A DNA stretch of 64,000 bases from positions 1 to 64,000 of the forward strand of contig OY253686.1 of the NCBI GenBank assembly GCA_958009085.1. The letters are read 5' to 3'. The stretch comes from Protoeuglena noctilucae (taxonomy: Eukaryota). This document shows, piece after piece, positions 39,799-52,345 of this stretch. Position 1 is the stretch's first letter. Every line of letters starts with the position of its first letter. Below the pieces are notes generated by a model. It saw only the letters and a list, made by a program, of their open reading frames with translations. It was not told the DNA's origin and made no database searches. Position numbers and translations under genes: made by a program.

Positions 39799-41390
39799 AT
39801 GATCCAGGTGTTTGTGAAACATCTGGACGGAAAAACTTTGCCATACTCGATCCACGCGAGCGCTCGGGTGTCGGAGCTCAAGGACCGCGTCTTTTCGCGA
39901 TGCGGGATCGATCCCGACGAGCAGCGGCTTCGCCAAGGCGGGGTACGTGACGAAGTTGCTGCAATTGTGTCGATGGAGGCATGGCGGGGCCTCCCGCGTG
40001 CTGGATAGTGACGCTCCATCTCCATGGTTGCTTCCATGCCACGGCCGCAGAAAGAGCTGGACGGCTCGTGGAGCAGCCGTCTGGGCCCGCCGAGTGAATA
40101 TCAGCCGTCCGATCTGGTGACCGAGATGCACTTCAAGCGCGTCCACCGCTCCAGCGACAGCGCTGCACGGATCACGGACGAGACGCTGACCCTGCCCGGC
40201 AAGGCAACGGGCCTCACCGTCAGCGACCTCAAGCGCTGGGCCAGCTGCGTTTGGCAGACACGAGTCGTGGAGGCCACGGTGTCCGGGTGCGCGCTGAAGC
40301 CCGACCGGCCCCTCTCCACCCTGTGCATGCTGGATGCGGATGTGGTGCTGGTGACGGAGGGGTCGTGGGCCCCTGCGGACGCCCCGGCGCGGCGTCCGAC
40401 GCTGGAGGAGCTGGGCATCGGCAACGACGCCACCGTGCACCTGCTGCTGCGCCTGCGGGGGGGCGCGGGGTGGACGCTTCCTCCGCCGAATGGACCGCAG
40501 CGTTTCGTGGATGTGACGGACTCGAGGCTCCTGAAGCAGGCGAGAGAGCGTGAGGGATGCTTGTCTTGCTGAGATGTGCCAGGGTGCTGCAGAGACTGCT
40601 TATCGCCGTCCGCTCGCAGCGGCATTTCTCGTCGACTGCCCCCGCGTGGCGTCAAGTGACGCGGGGTCTCAACCTGGAGGGCATTTGCACCAACACCGCC
40701 TGCGAGGCTCGGAACCAGCTCGTGATCTGCCCCGTGGGAATGGGCGAGACGGAGATCGTCAGCTACCATGCGACCTGCCCGATGTGCGAGGAGAAGATTG
40801 TTGCCACCACCTGCGGCTTCAGCAGCTGCACCTTCGCATTCGAGGGCCTCAAGCAGGACGGCGAGTCTTGCTTTGGCAGCAGGCAGCACAGGCACACGTT
40901 GTACATGTCCGCCGCGCTGCTTCACCCCTCGCTGCCGTCGTGGCTGCAGGCCAGGCATTCCACCAGGTGACGGTTGCGCCCCAGGAGACCCGAACGGACA
41001 TGTACTCCATCTACGACCACCGCACGGAGGGCGGCATGGGCACGTGGGCCATGCTGTCGTCGCGCACGTGGGCGACGCCCCCCCGCAAGTGCCCCATCTG
41101 CCTGGTGACCATGAAGGGGCGCAGGCTCATCGGCGTCACGTCGTGCGGGCACGAGTACCACTTGACGTGCATCAACAAGGTGACTGCGACCGTGAGGGGG
41201 GGTGCCGGGTACCTGTGTGCAGGTCTGGATGTGACGGTGGCTGGGATGCGGTTGCGGAGCGTGCAGCACATGACGTGGCCCAGTCCCTGTTGCCCATCGA
41301 TCCCCGCAGTGGCTGACCCGGGCGCACCGCTGCCCCTTGGACCACGAGCCATGCACGGCCGCGCAGCTGACCCGGAAGAGGGCACAGTGA
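39799..41390 (+). CDS. Ubiquitin-like (with about 109-aa insert)-LRLRGG + Cys-rich domain + RING-H2 protein, copy 1 (394 aa)
   Basis: Exons 39799-39942, 40051-40539, 40620-40860, 40950-41179 and 41310-41390 splice in phase, with two GC donors. MIQVFVKHLDGKT..DEQRL..GKELD and TLEELGI..TVHLLLRLRGG align to ubiquitin. RING: CPIC..CGHEYHLTC..W..CPLD. Confidence 0.85.
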
Positions 41391-41970
41391 TGGCGCACCA
41401 CGCAAACAGCCACACAGAGAGCGCATGCGCGGTGGCAGGGACACGACTGCCGGGGCGAAGGACAGCGACAGAGGGGCAGAGGTGGGCAGGGGCGGAGCGT
41501 GCTGTGAGCGTGGGCACAGCTGTGAGGGGGCCGAGCGTGGCGCCTGCGTCTAGTCCGAGCCGCGGATTGAATGACTGCTCTCAGATGCGGCGCTGCAGCG
41601 AGTTTAAGCGGCCGGGCAAGAGGGCCAGGCAATGACACTCGTCGATACGCTCGGCAAGCTCGCGGCGCCGGCATTAGCGCTGAAGCCAACCACTGATGCC
41701 TGATATCCGTCATCGGTTGTAAGAAGGGTCAGCTTTCTCATGCGCGGAGGCTGGGCCGGATCGAGGCGGGCTGCACCAGCCAGACGCGTGACAACGTCCA
41801 TGCGCGGGCCGAGGCAGAGGCTTTCGAGGGATCCAACCACCCTGCCTCATTCTCACATCCGCGATGCGACCATCGCAACCTGCATTGTCCACATCCAGCC
41901 CGTATCCCCTCCCCCACTCCCGAGGGACGGTGCAGCTCTCCGCGCTCGCGCGCATCCACGGGCCGCGATC

Positions 41971-43567
41971 ATGATCCAGGTGTTTGTGAAACATCTGGAC
42001 GGAAAAACTTTGCCATACTCGATCCACGCGAGCGCTCGGGTGTCGGAGCTCAAGGACCGCGTCTTTTCGCGATGCGGGATCGATCCCGACGAGCAGCGGC
42101 TTCAGCGAAGCGGGGTAAGAGTTGCGTACATGCAGATGGAGGCATTGCGGGGTGGGCTGCGGGCTGGATAGCATCGCTCAATCCCCAGGGTCGCGTCCGT
42201 GCCGCGAGCGCAGAAGGAGCTGGATAACTCTTGGAGCAGCCGCCTGGGTCCGCCAAGTGAATATCAGCCGTCCGATCTGGTGGTTGAGGTGCTTGTTACG
42301 CGCGTACATCGTTCCAGCGGCAGCATCGTGCGGGTCACGAAGGAGACGCTTACCATGCCGGGCGAGGCTACGGGCCTTACCGCCGCTGACCTCCGCCGCT
42401 GGGCCAGCTGCGTTTGGCAGACGCGAGTCGTGGAGGCCACGGTGTCCGGGTGCGCGCTGAAGCCCGACCGGCCCCTCTCCACCCTGCGCATGCTGGATGC
42501 GGGTGTGGTGCTGGTGACGGAGGGGTCGTGGGCCCCTGCGGACGCCCCGGCGCGGCGTCCGACGCTGGAGGAGCTGGGCATCGGCAACGACGCCACCGTG
42601 CACCTGCTGCTGCGCCTGCGGGGGGGCGCGGGGTGGACGCTTCCTCCGCCGAATGGACCGCAGCGTTTCGTGGATGTGACGGACTCGAGGCTCCTGAAGC
42701 AGGCGAGAGAGCGTGAGAGATACTCATGTTTCAAAGATGCAGCAGGGTGCTCCGCAGACGGCTTGCCTCCTTCCCATCGCAGCAAAAGTTTTAATCTTCT
42801 GCCCCCGCCTGGCGTGTTGTTACGCCTGGTCTCAACCTGGAGGGCATTTGCAAAAACGATGAGTGTGAGGCATGGGACGAGCGCGTCATCTGCCCCGTGG
42901 GAATGGGCGAGACGGAGATCGTCAGCTATCACGCCCGCTGCCCCATGTGCCACGAGACGATCGAGGCCACCTCGTGTGGCTTCAGCAGCTGCACCTTCGC
43001 ATTCGAGGGCCTCAAGCAGAGCGGCAAGTTGCATAAACGTACCAGTAGCAGGAATGGAAACCTTCACGTCACATTCCTGTACCCCCTCATTGTGTCCTGT
43101 CGTGTCTTTGCTCCACGCAGGTAACGCCTTCCGCCAGGTGACCGTGGCGCCCAAGGAGACGCGTGAAGATCACTGCTCCATCTACGACCACAGCAGCAGA
43201 GGTGGCATGGGCACGTGGGCGATGCTGTCGTCGCGCACGTGGGCCACCCGCTCCCGCGAGTGCCCCATCTGCCTGGTGGCCATGGCCGGCACTGTCGCCG
43301 TCACGCCGTGCGGGCACAAGTATCACGACAACTGCATCCGCAAGGTGATCATAGTATTGCTATCAAAGGTGCCGGCATGCATGGGCGCAGGTCGGGGTCA
43401 GGGTCGGGGTGACGGAGGCTGCCGAGATGCAGAGCATATGAACACAGCATGTTGCTCAATCATGTGTCGCATGTCGCTCCCCGCAGTGGCTGGCGCGGGC
43501 GGCCCGCTGCCCTCTGGACAATGAGCCGTGCACCGTGGCTCAGCTGACCCGGAAGATCGCCCGGTGA
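41971..43567 (+). pseudogene. Copy 2 of the Ubl-Cys-rich-RING gene, with an in-frame TAA in exon 3
   Basis: Same five-exon layout (41971-42114, 42214-42702, 42783-43023, 43121-43344, 43487-43567). TAA at 42792-42794 stands where copy 1 has TCG (Ser). Confidence 0.72.
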
Positions 43568-44822
43568 CGGCGCATTCAGCAGACAACACACACAGTGGGC
43601 GCATGTGAGAGGTGGCAGAGACAGGACTGAAGAGGGCTGAGAGATGGGCAGGGGCGGAGCGTGCTGTGAGCGTGGGCACAGCTGTGAGGTGGCTGAGCGT
43701 GCTGTGAGCGTGGGCGCAGATATGTGGGCCAAGCGCGGCATGTTCTCTCCCCCATCCGAGCCGCGGATTGAACGATGGGTGCTTTCAGAAGCGACACTGC
43801 GCCGCCGCAGAGTGCAAGGGAGCCGGGCAGGCACAGCGGCCGAGGGGCGCAAAGGGGCATGCCCACACACGCGCATCGCAGGAACGCAGCATGGCAGAAG
43901 GTGCATGGCACTCAGCAGGGGGTCAGCGCGGGCTGTGTCATGTCCACGCGCGGCCCTGCGCGCTGCGAAGCGGCTATGCCACACTCTGGCACTCATGCGG
44001 GTGGCTGCGCATGCGTGCAAAGGAGAGTGGCCGACACGCTGTGCCTGCGTCATGCTCATCTCGTCGACACCCTTGCCGACATGTTCTTGGACAGTCGACC
44101 CCTGTCAGTTGTCATGATTCCTCCCTCACATGTCTGGGTCAGTGAAGGGCAGCAGGGGCGCGCCGGGTGCGGGTGCCGGGCGTGGACCGCGGGGGGAGGG
44201 CCCCGTCTGTGCATCTGCAGGCGGACGAATGGGGATGGATGGTAAATGAATGTGCTGTGAAAGGGGCGAGTGCGCTGCGAGAGTGCACGGCATGGAACGG
44301 TCATGTCACCGCGTGCACTACATAAATGGTAATGCACACACCATGCGCAACCTTCCCATCCCATCAACCTTCCCATCCCATCGCATCGCACGCCTGTCAT
44401 GTCACATGAGCATCTGCCCATGCTATCAACAACCTTACAATCCATGCCCCCCTCACGCACCGTGGCTGGGTGGCGCTGGGTAGGGGCCCCCCTGGGATCG
44501 GAAGAGGTGGCTGCCGGGCATGTTCTGCAGGATGCCCTTAGTAGCATCAGCCACAGAGCGGGACAGGGGGGGGCGGCCGTTGCCGGACGCGGGGAGACTG
44601 CGATTGGGGGGTGGGGAGTGAAGATGAGATGAATGGGGTGTTGGAATGGGGAATGCGGCATGCGTAGATGCTGGTACCGGACTAGTACCAGAGCAGTGGG
44701 TGAGGGGAGTGCGGTGCGAGTGAGCGACAAGTGAGCAATGCATGATCAATAAGCTAGCAGCAAGTCAGTCATAGCAGCGAGTGAACGACTCATGAGCAAC
44801 ACGCAACAGCGTCACTGTTCCC

Positions 44823-47800
44823 TCACGTGGCGTATGGCGCGACGGGGGGTGGCAGGTCGCTTGCATGCACGAAGTCGCCGTGGGCCAGGGGGTCCAGGCC
44901 TGAGGGGTGGGAGCTGCCATTCGTCCACAGATGCACCTGGAGGGGTGAATGAGAGGGGTGGAAGTGTCAATGGATGTGTTGCTGTTGGGGAGATGTGCGC
45001 AGGGAAGCCAGCGGGCATGCGTGGCTGTGACATGAGTGGGGAGAGAAGTGGGATGGGCTGACAAGCGAAAACAGTATTTCAGTCTCTGCCAACACAGTCC
45101 CTCTCACCCTCACCCCCACCCCCACCACTCCCACCCCCCCTCACCGTCTGCATCCACCACTACCATCAAGCAATCCCCCCCCACCACTACTCCCCCTCTC
45201 TCTCACCCTCTCCACCAGTACCCATCTCAGCCCCCCCCCCCCCCCCCCCCCCCCGATCCCACCCCCCTCACCCTCTGCATCCACCGTGCCGCAAAGTGCC
45301 CATCTGCAGACCCGTTCCTCGCACCCCCGTCCGGCCCCGCACCCCCGTCGTTGTGCAGCAGAGAGAAATACGTCGAGTGCAGCGCCGACCGGCGGCGATA
45401 GGCCAGGGCTGCCAGGTACACCGCCGCACCGATGGCCCCCACCAGCGCCAGAACCCACGCAGCCGTGCGCAGGGGGTGGTGCTTCTGAGGAACACACGGG
45501 GTTGGGGTAGAGTGATCATGTCGGAGAATGGATATCGTGTCGTGATGTTACAGAGAACATACACGAGACGGATGGGTGACTGTGACGGTAACAGCGACGA
45601 TCGGCGTTTGCTTGCATGACCAGCGCACGGTGCATCTGCCATCCTGGTCTCGCCACTCCACTACCACAGCACAGTCCCCAACATGCATCTGCACTCTTGT
45701 TAACACCGCTCCCATGCCCCGCTCGCCTTCGCGGAGGGTCGGCCCCCACCGCGCCCGCCCCCACCCCCACGCCCACTCCCTCCCCCGTTGCCGCCCTTGC
45801 CGCCGCCGTCCCATGGCAGCGGATCGGATCCCGCGTCCGGATCGATGTTGTCGTCGTTGCCTTGCGTGCAGTAGCTGAGCTCGCGGCCCGTGCAGACCCA
45901 GCCGGGCTCAATGCGGCACTGCGATGGGTGAGTGGGTGAGGGTGAGGACATGAGGGTGAGGAGAGGTGAGGTGCGGAGATGAGGGTGATGGGAGGGGTGG
46001 TGGAGAGGTGAGACGAGGTGACAAGACACGGATGCGCTAGCTGCAATGCTGCACCCACCGCCACCCTCACCACCCCCTCATCTCTCACCGCACAGCTGCA
46101 CCCATCTCAACTCATCCCCACCCCGCCCCCCCTCACCGTGCTGCTGCACCCGTCCCCGTCCCTGTCGTTCCCGTCGTCGCACTCCTCCAGCCCCTGCACG
46201 TACCCATCCCCACAGAAGGACAGCCAGGGCACCACAGTCCAGCGTGGCTCCCCGCTCATGATGAGGTGATGGCCGTGGCCCGTCTCGTCGCGAACGCGGT
46301 AACCCTCGCCCTCGTCGAACTTCCTGGGAGGGGGGGGGGGGGGGGGGGGAGTGGGGGTGGTGTGAGGGGAGGGGGGGCAGGGGAGGAGCGGGCGGGCGTG
46401 GGGGGTAGCAAGCACGCAAGTGAGGGTGGCAATCCATTCATTAGCCTGTCTCCTTCCATTGTCTAATTGTCCATCCATCAATTAATCCATCCATCATCCA
46501 TTCATAATGTCCATCTCTCACCAGTACGCCACCAGGTCTCTGCTCCTGGGGCTGACGCCCGGATCGTCGAAGTCGCCCGACCCCGCCTGCGCCTCGTCCG
46601 CACGCATGTTCTCGAGAATCTCGTCCTGTGAAGTGAGAGATAAAGCATATAAGATAAAGATTGCATGTTGTTGAGATGGGTGTGTGATAAAGAGTGCATC
46701 TCCCACGTCCTCTCCTCACCTGCGTCAGTGCCCTCCTCCACAGCCGCATCTCTCACATCCACTCACATTCACTCTCTCATCACCCAGTCACCCATCTCAC
46801 CTGTGTCAGTGCCCTCCTCCACAGCCGCATCTCCCACATCCACTCACAGTTACTCCCATCACTCTCATCACCCATCCATCGAACTCCCCTCACCTGCGTC
46901 AGTGCCCTCCTCCACAGCCGCATCTCCTCCATGAGACCGTAGAAGTCCTGGCTGCCATGCTCCACCTCACCCTTGCCTGTGATTGGGGGAAATGAGAGAT
47001 GGGCAGTGAGTGACAATCAAGCAGACCATCGCCCTGCATGCACACCCACACCCACGCTGCTACCCACACCCACCCCCACACTGCTACCCACCCCCAGACC
47101 CCCCCACTCTCCCACACTCTCACCTGACCCCCTGGCCCCGGTCCGCGAGTCAAAGCACCCCCCCCTGCAGTCCTGCTCCCTCCCCACCACCAGCGTGCCC
47201 CCGCTGGGGATGACCTTGCCCTTGCCACGCGTCACGCGCCACATCAGACGGCCGTTGTCGTACAGGCTCGTCTCGCCTGGGGGTGAGTTGGGATGCAGGG
47301 TGGGTGTTGGTAATGAAGAGGTAAGCGTGGTGTGGGAGAGGAGTGGAGAGGGATGGCAGTGGGGTGGCTGGGGAGTGTCACAAGTGTTCATGCGAGAGAG
47401 AGCGAGACAGGGTGATTTATAGTCGCTCCTCACATACACCCTACCTACATGCATGCATGCATGCAACGCGAGAGAGTGTGTCTATCTCATTCCACCCCTC
47501 ACCCGTGTCGCTCCTCCATGTGACGGCGATGTGGTGGAACTGACCATCCGTGGACCCGAAGCCAGCCAGATGATCGGTGACTGAGAGAGCACACGGGAGA
47601 GGGGTGTTTTGTGTGAGTGAGGGCAGCGTGTGGGAGATGGGGAGCGCATGGGAGGGTGCACATGCGCATGTGGGGCGCTGCGATGCACAACAGCGCATGT
47701 GTGATGCACACGCCTCGTTTATAAACATGACCCAGTCATTGGAAGCAACTCCTCTGCTCATCTCTCACCCGTTCCCTCGTCTTCCATCACAGAGATGCCT

Positions 47801-50800
47801 GGGGGGGGAGGGGAGGAGAGGGGGCGGGTGGGTGAGGGTGAGGGTGATGAGCGCAGAGAGATGGGGTAAATGGAGATGGAAAGAGATGGCGAGGTTGACG
47901 GTGATGGTCAGTCCTCCCTAAGTCACTCACTCACTCACTCACTCAGTCACTCAACCAATCACTCACTCACCCCAGGCGTTGTAGTTGAACAGGTCGAAGG
48001 TGCTGTCAATCCATCAACCACGCACTCCCTCACTCCCTCACTCCCTCACTCTCACTCCATCACTCAACCACTCTATCAACCAATCGCTCACCCCAGTCGT
48101 TGTAGTTGAACAGGTCGAAGGTGTTGTCGTCCACGCCGTACGCGTCCCCCACTGCGTAACTGAAGGGCGTGCCCTGGTTGCAGCTGTCGGGGCTCATCAT
48201 CCAGAACTCCAGCGTCAGAGCACGGTCGGGGAAGCCGCCGAACTCCGACACCATCAGCACGTTGTCGGAGCTGAGGCGCAGAGCGTGGCCGGCCGAGCCC
48301 GGCTGGGGCCCGGGCAGCGGGAGGCCGTCGGTGGCGGTGAGGGGGGCGTAGCTGTAGTGCCATAAGGGGGAGAGGGAGCCTGCGAGTGGGGAGAGAAGGG
48401 CTTGTTGTGTGTTTCCACGCCCTCCCTCACGCCCTCACCCATGTACACGTGGTTGCCGTGCACTCGCCCATACGCTATGCGCATCCACACCACCCCTCAC
48501 CCATCCCCATTTGCTTGTATAGGCACTCACCCATGTACATGTGGTTGCGGTGCGCGCTCCTGTCCATGAGGAACTTGGCTCCGTCCTGCGCGTCCCCCGT
48601 GAACTCGATGGCCACCGCGATGCTCGACTGCTGGTCGCGGCTGAGGTCGTCCCAGGTGCATAACATGACTGATTGGATGTCGGATGATGAGAGGGCGCCC
48701 TCCCAGATGCGCAGCTGGGGGGGGGGGGGTGTTGAGGAGAGAGGGGAGAGGAAGTGAGAGGGTGGATCCGTCCATATCATCTCCATTACCCCCACTGTCA
48801 TCTCTCCCCTCACCTGCGCCAGATCCCCATCGAGCGCCGTCCGCGGCTGGAAGCACCCCCCCATGCACTCCTGGTTCTGACCCAGCACCAGGCTCCCCTC
48901 CGACAGCCGCGCCTTGCCAGCTGACAGCGTGGGGGTGACGCCCCCGTCCTTGGGATTGACGTACTCCAGGCGACCGGCGCGGCTGATCCAGAAGGGAGTC
49001 ATTGCTTTGCCGTCCAGGTACAGGGACACCGTGCCCTTGTCGTACGACCAGGTGACTGGAGGGGGATGGGTGGGGGTGGTCAGTGAGTGAGGGGGGGGTG
49101 GGAGTGGCGCATGAGAGCTGCACGGGGGGTGCGGGAGCTGCGAGAGGGCATGCGGGATGTGAGACGGGGTGCACGGAGGGAGTGAGAGAGACAGCACACC
49201 TCTGCACTCCCCTCTCCAGCAACGCAGCCATCGACACTACCCATATATCCGCATCCATCCCCCCTGACATGCACATGCACTCACCCGCGATGTGGTGCCA
49301 GGTCGCGTCCGTCCACTGGGTGTAGAAGTCGACCCAGTTGTCCTGTTTCTGGGGGTTGCTCTCCCGGTTGGAGTTGACGTGCACCCGCACCGAGCCCACC
49401 GTGCTGATGCTGTCGTCCTCCTCGTCAATGTCGCTGCCCACGTACTGAATGGGAGAGAGGGAGGGGGTGAATGATGTGTGATGGGTTGTGAGCATGGTTG
49501 GGTAATCAGGCATTCGGCCCTCTCTCACACACCAACCCCCCGTCATCTCTCCTCCCTCACCTCATCCAGGTACCTCTCCCTCACAGCATAGCACCACCCC
49601 TCTCTTATCAATTTCTCACCTCATCCAGGTACCTCTCGATGAGGATGGCGTCGTCGGCAAAGTAGCTGTCCGGCATCCACCCCCTGCCAGAGTCGCTGCC
49701 ATCCGATGGCACCACCGATGCGTACGACAGCACCACGTCCTTGGTGTCGAAGAGGGGGAACGACGCACTGGCGGACGTGGCCTGGGATGAGAGAGGAAGG
49801 GGTGTGAGGGGGTTGAGGGGTGAGAGTGGTGGGAGCGACAGCGGTGCGGGGCCTGAGATGTTGCACTGTGCAGCGGTAGCATTATGGCATGCATGAGCAG
49901 TAGCGACATGGGACGAGCACCACTCTAGCCAGTCGCTGCCCCATCACCGCTTCAGCACAGCAACCATCACACACAAACACTATTCCCTTACCTTGGGCAG
50001 GCTTGCCCAGAATTCGACGGTGATGTCCCGCGTGGGCATGCCCTGCACTCGGCTGTTGATGGCGTAGTTGTTGTCGAAGGAGCCCGTGCTGGTGTAGAAG
50101 TCGGTGGCCAGCTGCACCCCCGTGGTCAGCACGGGGCGCGCGGTGAGGACCAGGTCGTGCCCGTTGCCTGGGGGGGATGTGGAGATGCAGAGATGAGAAG
50201 ATGAGATGGGCAAAGACGAGAGTGGAGAGCAGGCGACCACTGGGCTGTCGCATATATCAGACACACACTGCCACATCTCTACGACACCCAGACCCACACC
50301 CTCAGCATTCACATGCCTGTCTCATGTCTCACCCGATGAGTCCGTGGCCACTGCCGTCTCCTGGAACACCCCCGACGTCTCATCCGGGTCATCGAAGCTC
50401 CAGTAGGCGACCAGGTCGGGGTCAGGGCCGAGCTTCAAACGCATGTCGCGGAGAATCTGAGAGGAAAGAGAGTGACAGGGTGAGACGAGGTGACATATGA
50501 CCATCTCAGCAGCTGTGGCTGGGGAGGTGTCGCAGCGCACACCCCAGCGCACACCGCCTCTCACCCCCACACAACACGCGCACCACTCCCCACCCCACCA
50601 CCTCCTCTCCCCCCTCTCACATCACCCTTACCCTCTCTGCCCCACAGTCACCCTAACCATGTCTCCCCATCTCACCTCCGCCTGCGTGCGTGCACGTCTC
50701 CACAGCCGCACTTCGTCCATGTAACCACGGAACGCCTGGTCCCTCTCCGTGCATCCCCCGTAGCAGTCCTGCTCAGCGCCGAGGATGAAGGCGCCGTTGG

Positions 50801-51955
50801 GGGGGAGGGGGTCCGTCTTGCCCGTCTGCAGAGAAGGGGTGGGGCGGCACAAGAGTGCAACAATCGCCAGTGCAAGGCGCTGGTCTCTCGTCACCCAACA
50901 GTGAAGCAGCGCTTGGATATACAACCGAACAGGCCCCCATCGCATGCCACCGCAAGTCTCTGCGCACCCCCTCGCCCACTCCCCCCACTCCCAATGCCCC
51001 CCTCACCTGTGCCTCGGCCATCAGCAGGCCGTCGACGAAGATCTGGCTCGTGCCGTTGCGCTTGGCGTCCCAGGTGACCGCGACGTGTTTCCAGCCCCCC
51101 GCGCTGTCCACCAGGCTCGCCGTGCGGTAATACCGGGGGTCGTCTGGGTCGAATTTGCAGGCGCACGACTCGCAGTCCTCGTCGGGCGCCAGCTGCAGGT
51201 ACCGGAAGTCCCGGCACACCAGCAGCTGCTGGTGGTTGTAGACCACGAAGGCGTTGTTGTGGCGATGGAAGTCGTCCTCGGAATCGCTCGACGTGCTCGG
51301 CACAGCGTAGCTGCGTTCGACGGGGCAAGTCGTGCGCGGTCAAGCGCGGCGCGGGCGGCCCGGGGCAGCGGCGTAGGGACTGGGAGGACGAACGTTAATG
51401 CGGCGCGAGGCACGCGCGGCGCGAAGGGGGGCCGGGCGCCGCGCAGCACGGCCTGCCACCGAAAAGCGCCTCGCGCTGGGCTGCGGCCCTCGCGGGCCCG
51501 CCGGCGCCGCGCGGCTAGTCCAACGCGACGCTACTCGCACATACAAACGTGCGGGGAAGCTTCCTGAGGCCGAGCTGCGCGCGTGCGGCGCGGAATGCGC
51601 GGGCACCCTCGCAGGCGCGCGCGAGCCTCCCCTCGCTCCCCCGGCGCACCCCCGCGCACCTCATCAGCGTCCCCTTGCTGCACTCGTCCGTCGTCGACAC
51701 CCATGCCTCGAACGTCAGCGCGTCGCTGGGCATTGCGGCGAATGGCTCCAGCTTGAGGGGCGTGTCGTTGAAAAGCAGCGCGTGGCCTGCGCGACGGCAC
51801 GACACCGGTGTAGTTGGGATATAAAGCAAGCGGCGGCGCTCTCGGAGCCCTCCCACCCGCTCTGCGCGCGCACCGGCATCGCCGGCCCTGGAAACCCCGG
51901 CCCACGCGCCCGCGGCGAGGCCGGCGAGCACGGCCACGCCGCCGATGATCGTCAT
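44823..51955 (-). CDS. Type I membrane protein with three LamG/pentraxin-like domains and a Cys-rich CGDG..EECDDGN repeat
   Basis: Signal-like MTIIGGVAVLAGLAAGAWAG; three sets of (W/F)xH(V/I)AVTW, LG-x-(E/N)Q(D/E)CxGGC and RLW/RIW motifs; [35 protein letters not shown]; TM helix WVLALVGAIGAAVYLAALAYRRR. The last exon is inferred. Confidence 0.8.
46715..46926 (-). repeat. Triplicated about 38-bp exon end plus 5' splice site
   Basis: CTCACCTG(C/T)GTCAGTGCCCTCCTCCACAGCCGCATCTC at 46715, 46796 and 46889. The last copy is the true exon junction. Confidence 0.9.
47922..47970. repeat. Imperfect (CACT)n intronic microsatellite
   Basis: A run of TCAC/CACT units in an intron of the LamG gene. Confidence 0.75.
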
Positions 51956-52345
51956 GTTCACGTTCGCAGCCAAAGTCGGTGCTTTTCCCCCGGTGCGGTG
52001 GCCACGGTGCCGCTGGGTCCGCTGCTGCTCCTCAGCAGCTCAATTCCCCTCCCCGCGACGTCGGATGCGGCGGGGCTGATGCACACGGCAAGTATCTGCG
52101 GGACTCGTGGCGCACCGGACCGTCTTGAGGGTCGGGGCCTGCCCTACCCTGACACGCCAGATGGAACGTGGAGTTCAAGAGCGCAGCCAAGAACTTGGCT
52201 CAACGCGGGAACGGGAGGAGCAACGAGCGCCGAAGCAAGACCAAACGGACGCGACAGCACAGCACAGCACCGCAGCGCAGCGCAAGCAAGGCAACGCATC
52301 CGCCATTCCCATCCCATCCGTCCCGAGTCCCGCCCACCCAGGGAC

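Larger units (their letters stand above)
39660..43810 (+). repeat. About 2.17-kb tandem segmental duplication
   Basis: Upstream sequence, exons and a 3' motif (GGGCAGGGGCGGAGCGTGCTGTGAGCGTGGGCACAGCTGTGAGG) recur at an offset of about 2170 bp. Confidence 0.9.

Noticed and set aside
42792..42794. TAA read as Gln (non-standard ulvophyte code)
   Set aside because: TAA and TAG end the conserved uORF, the P450 and DPH7 at the expected positions, and conserved exons contain no in-frame TAR codons.
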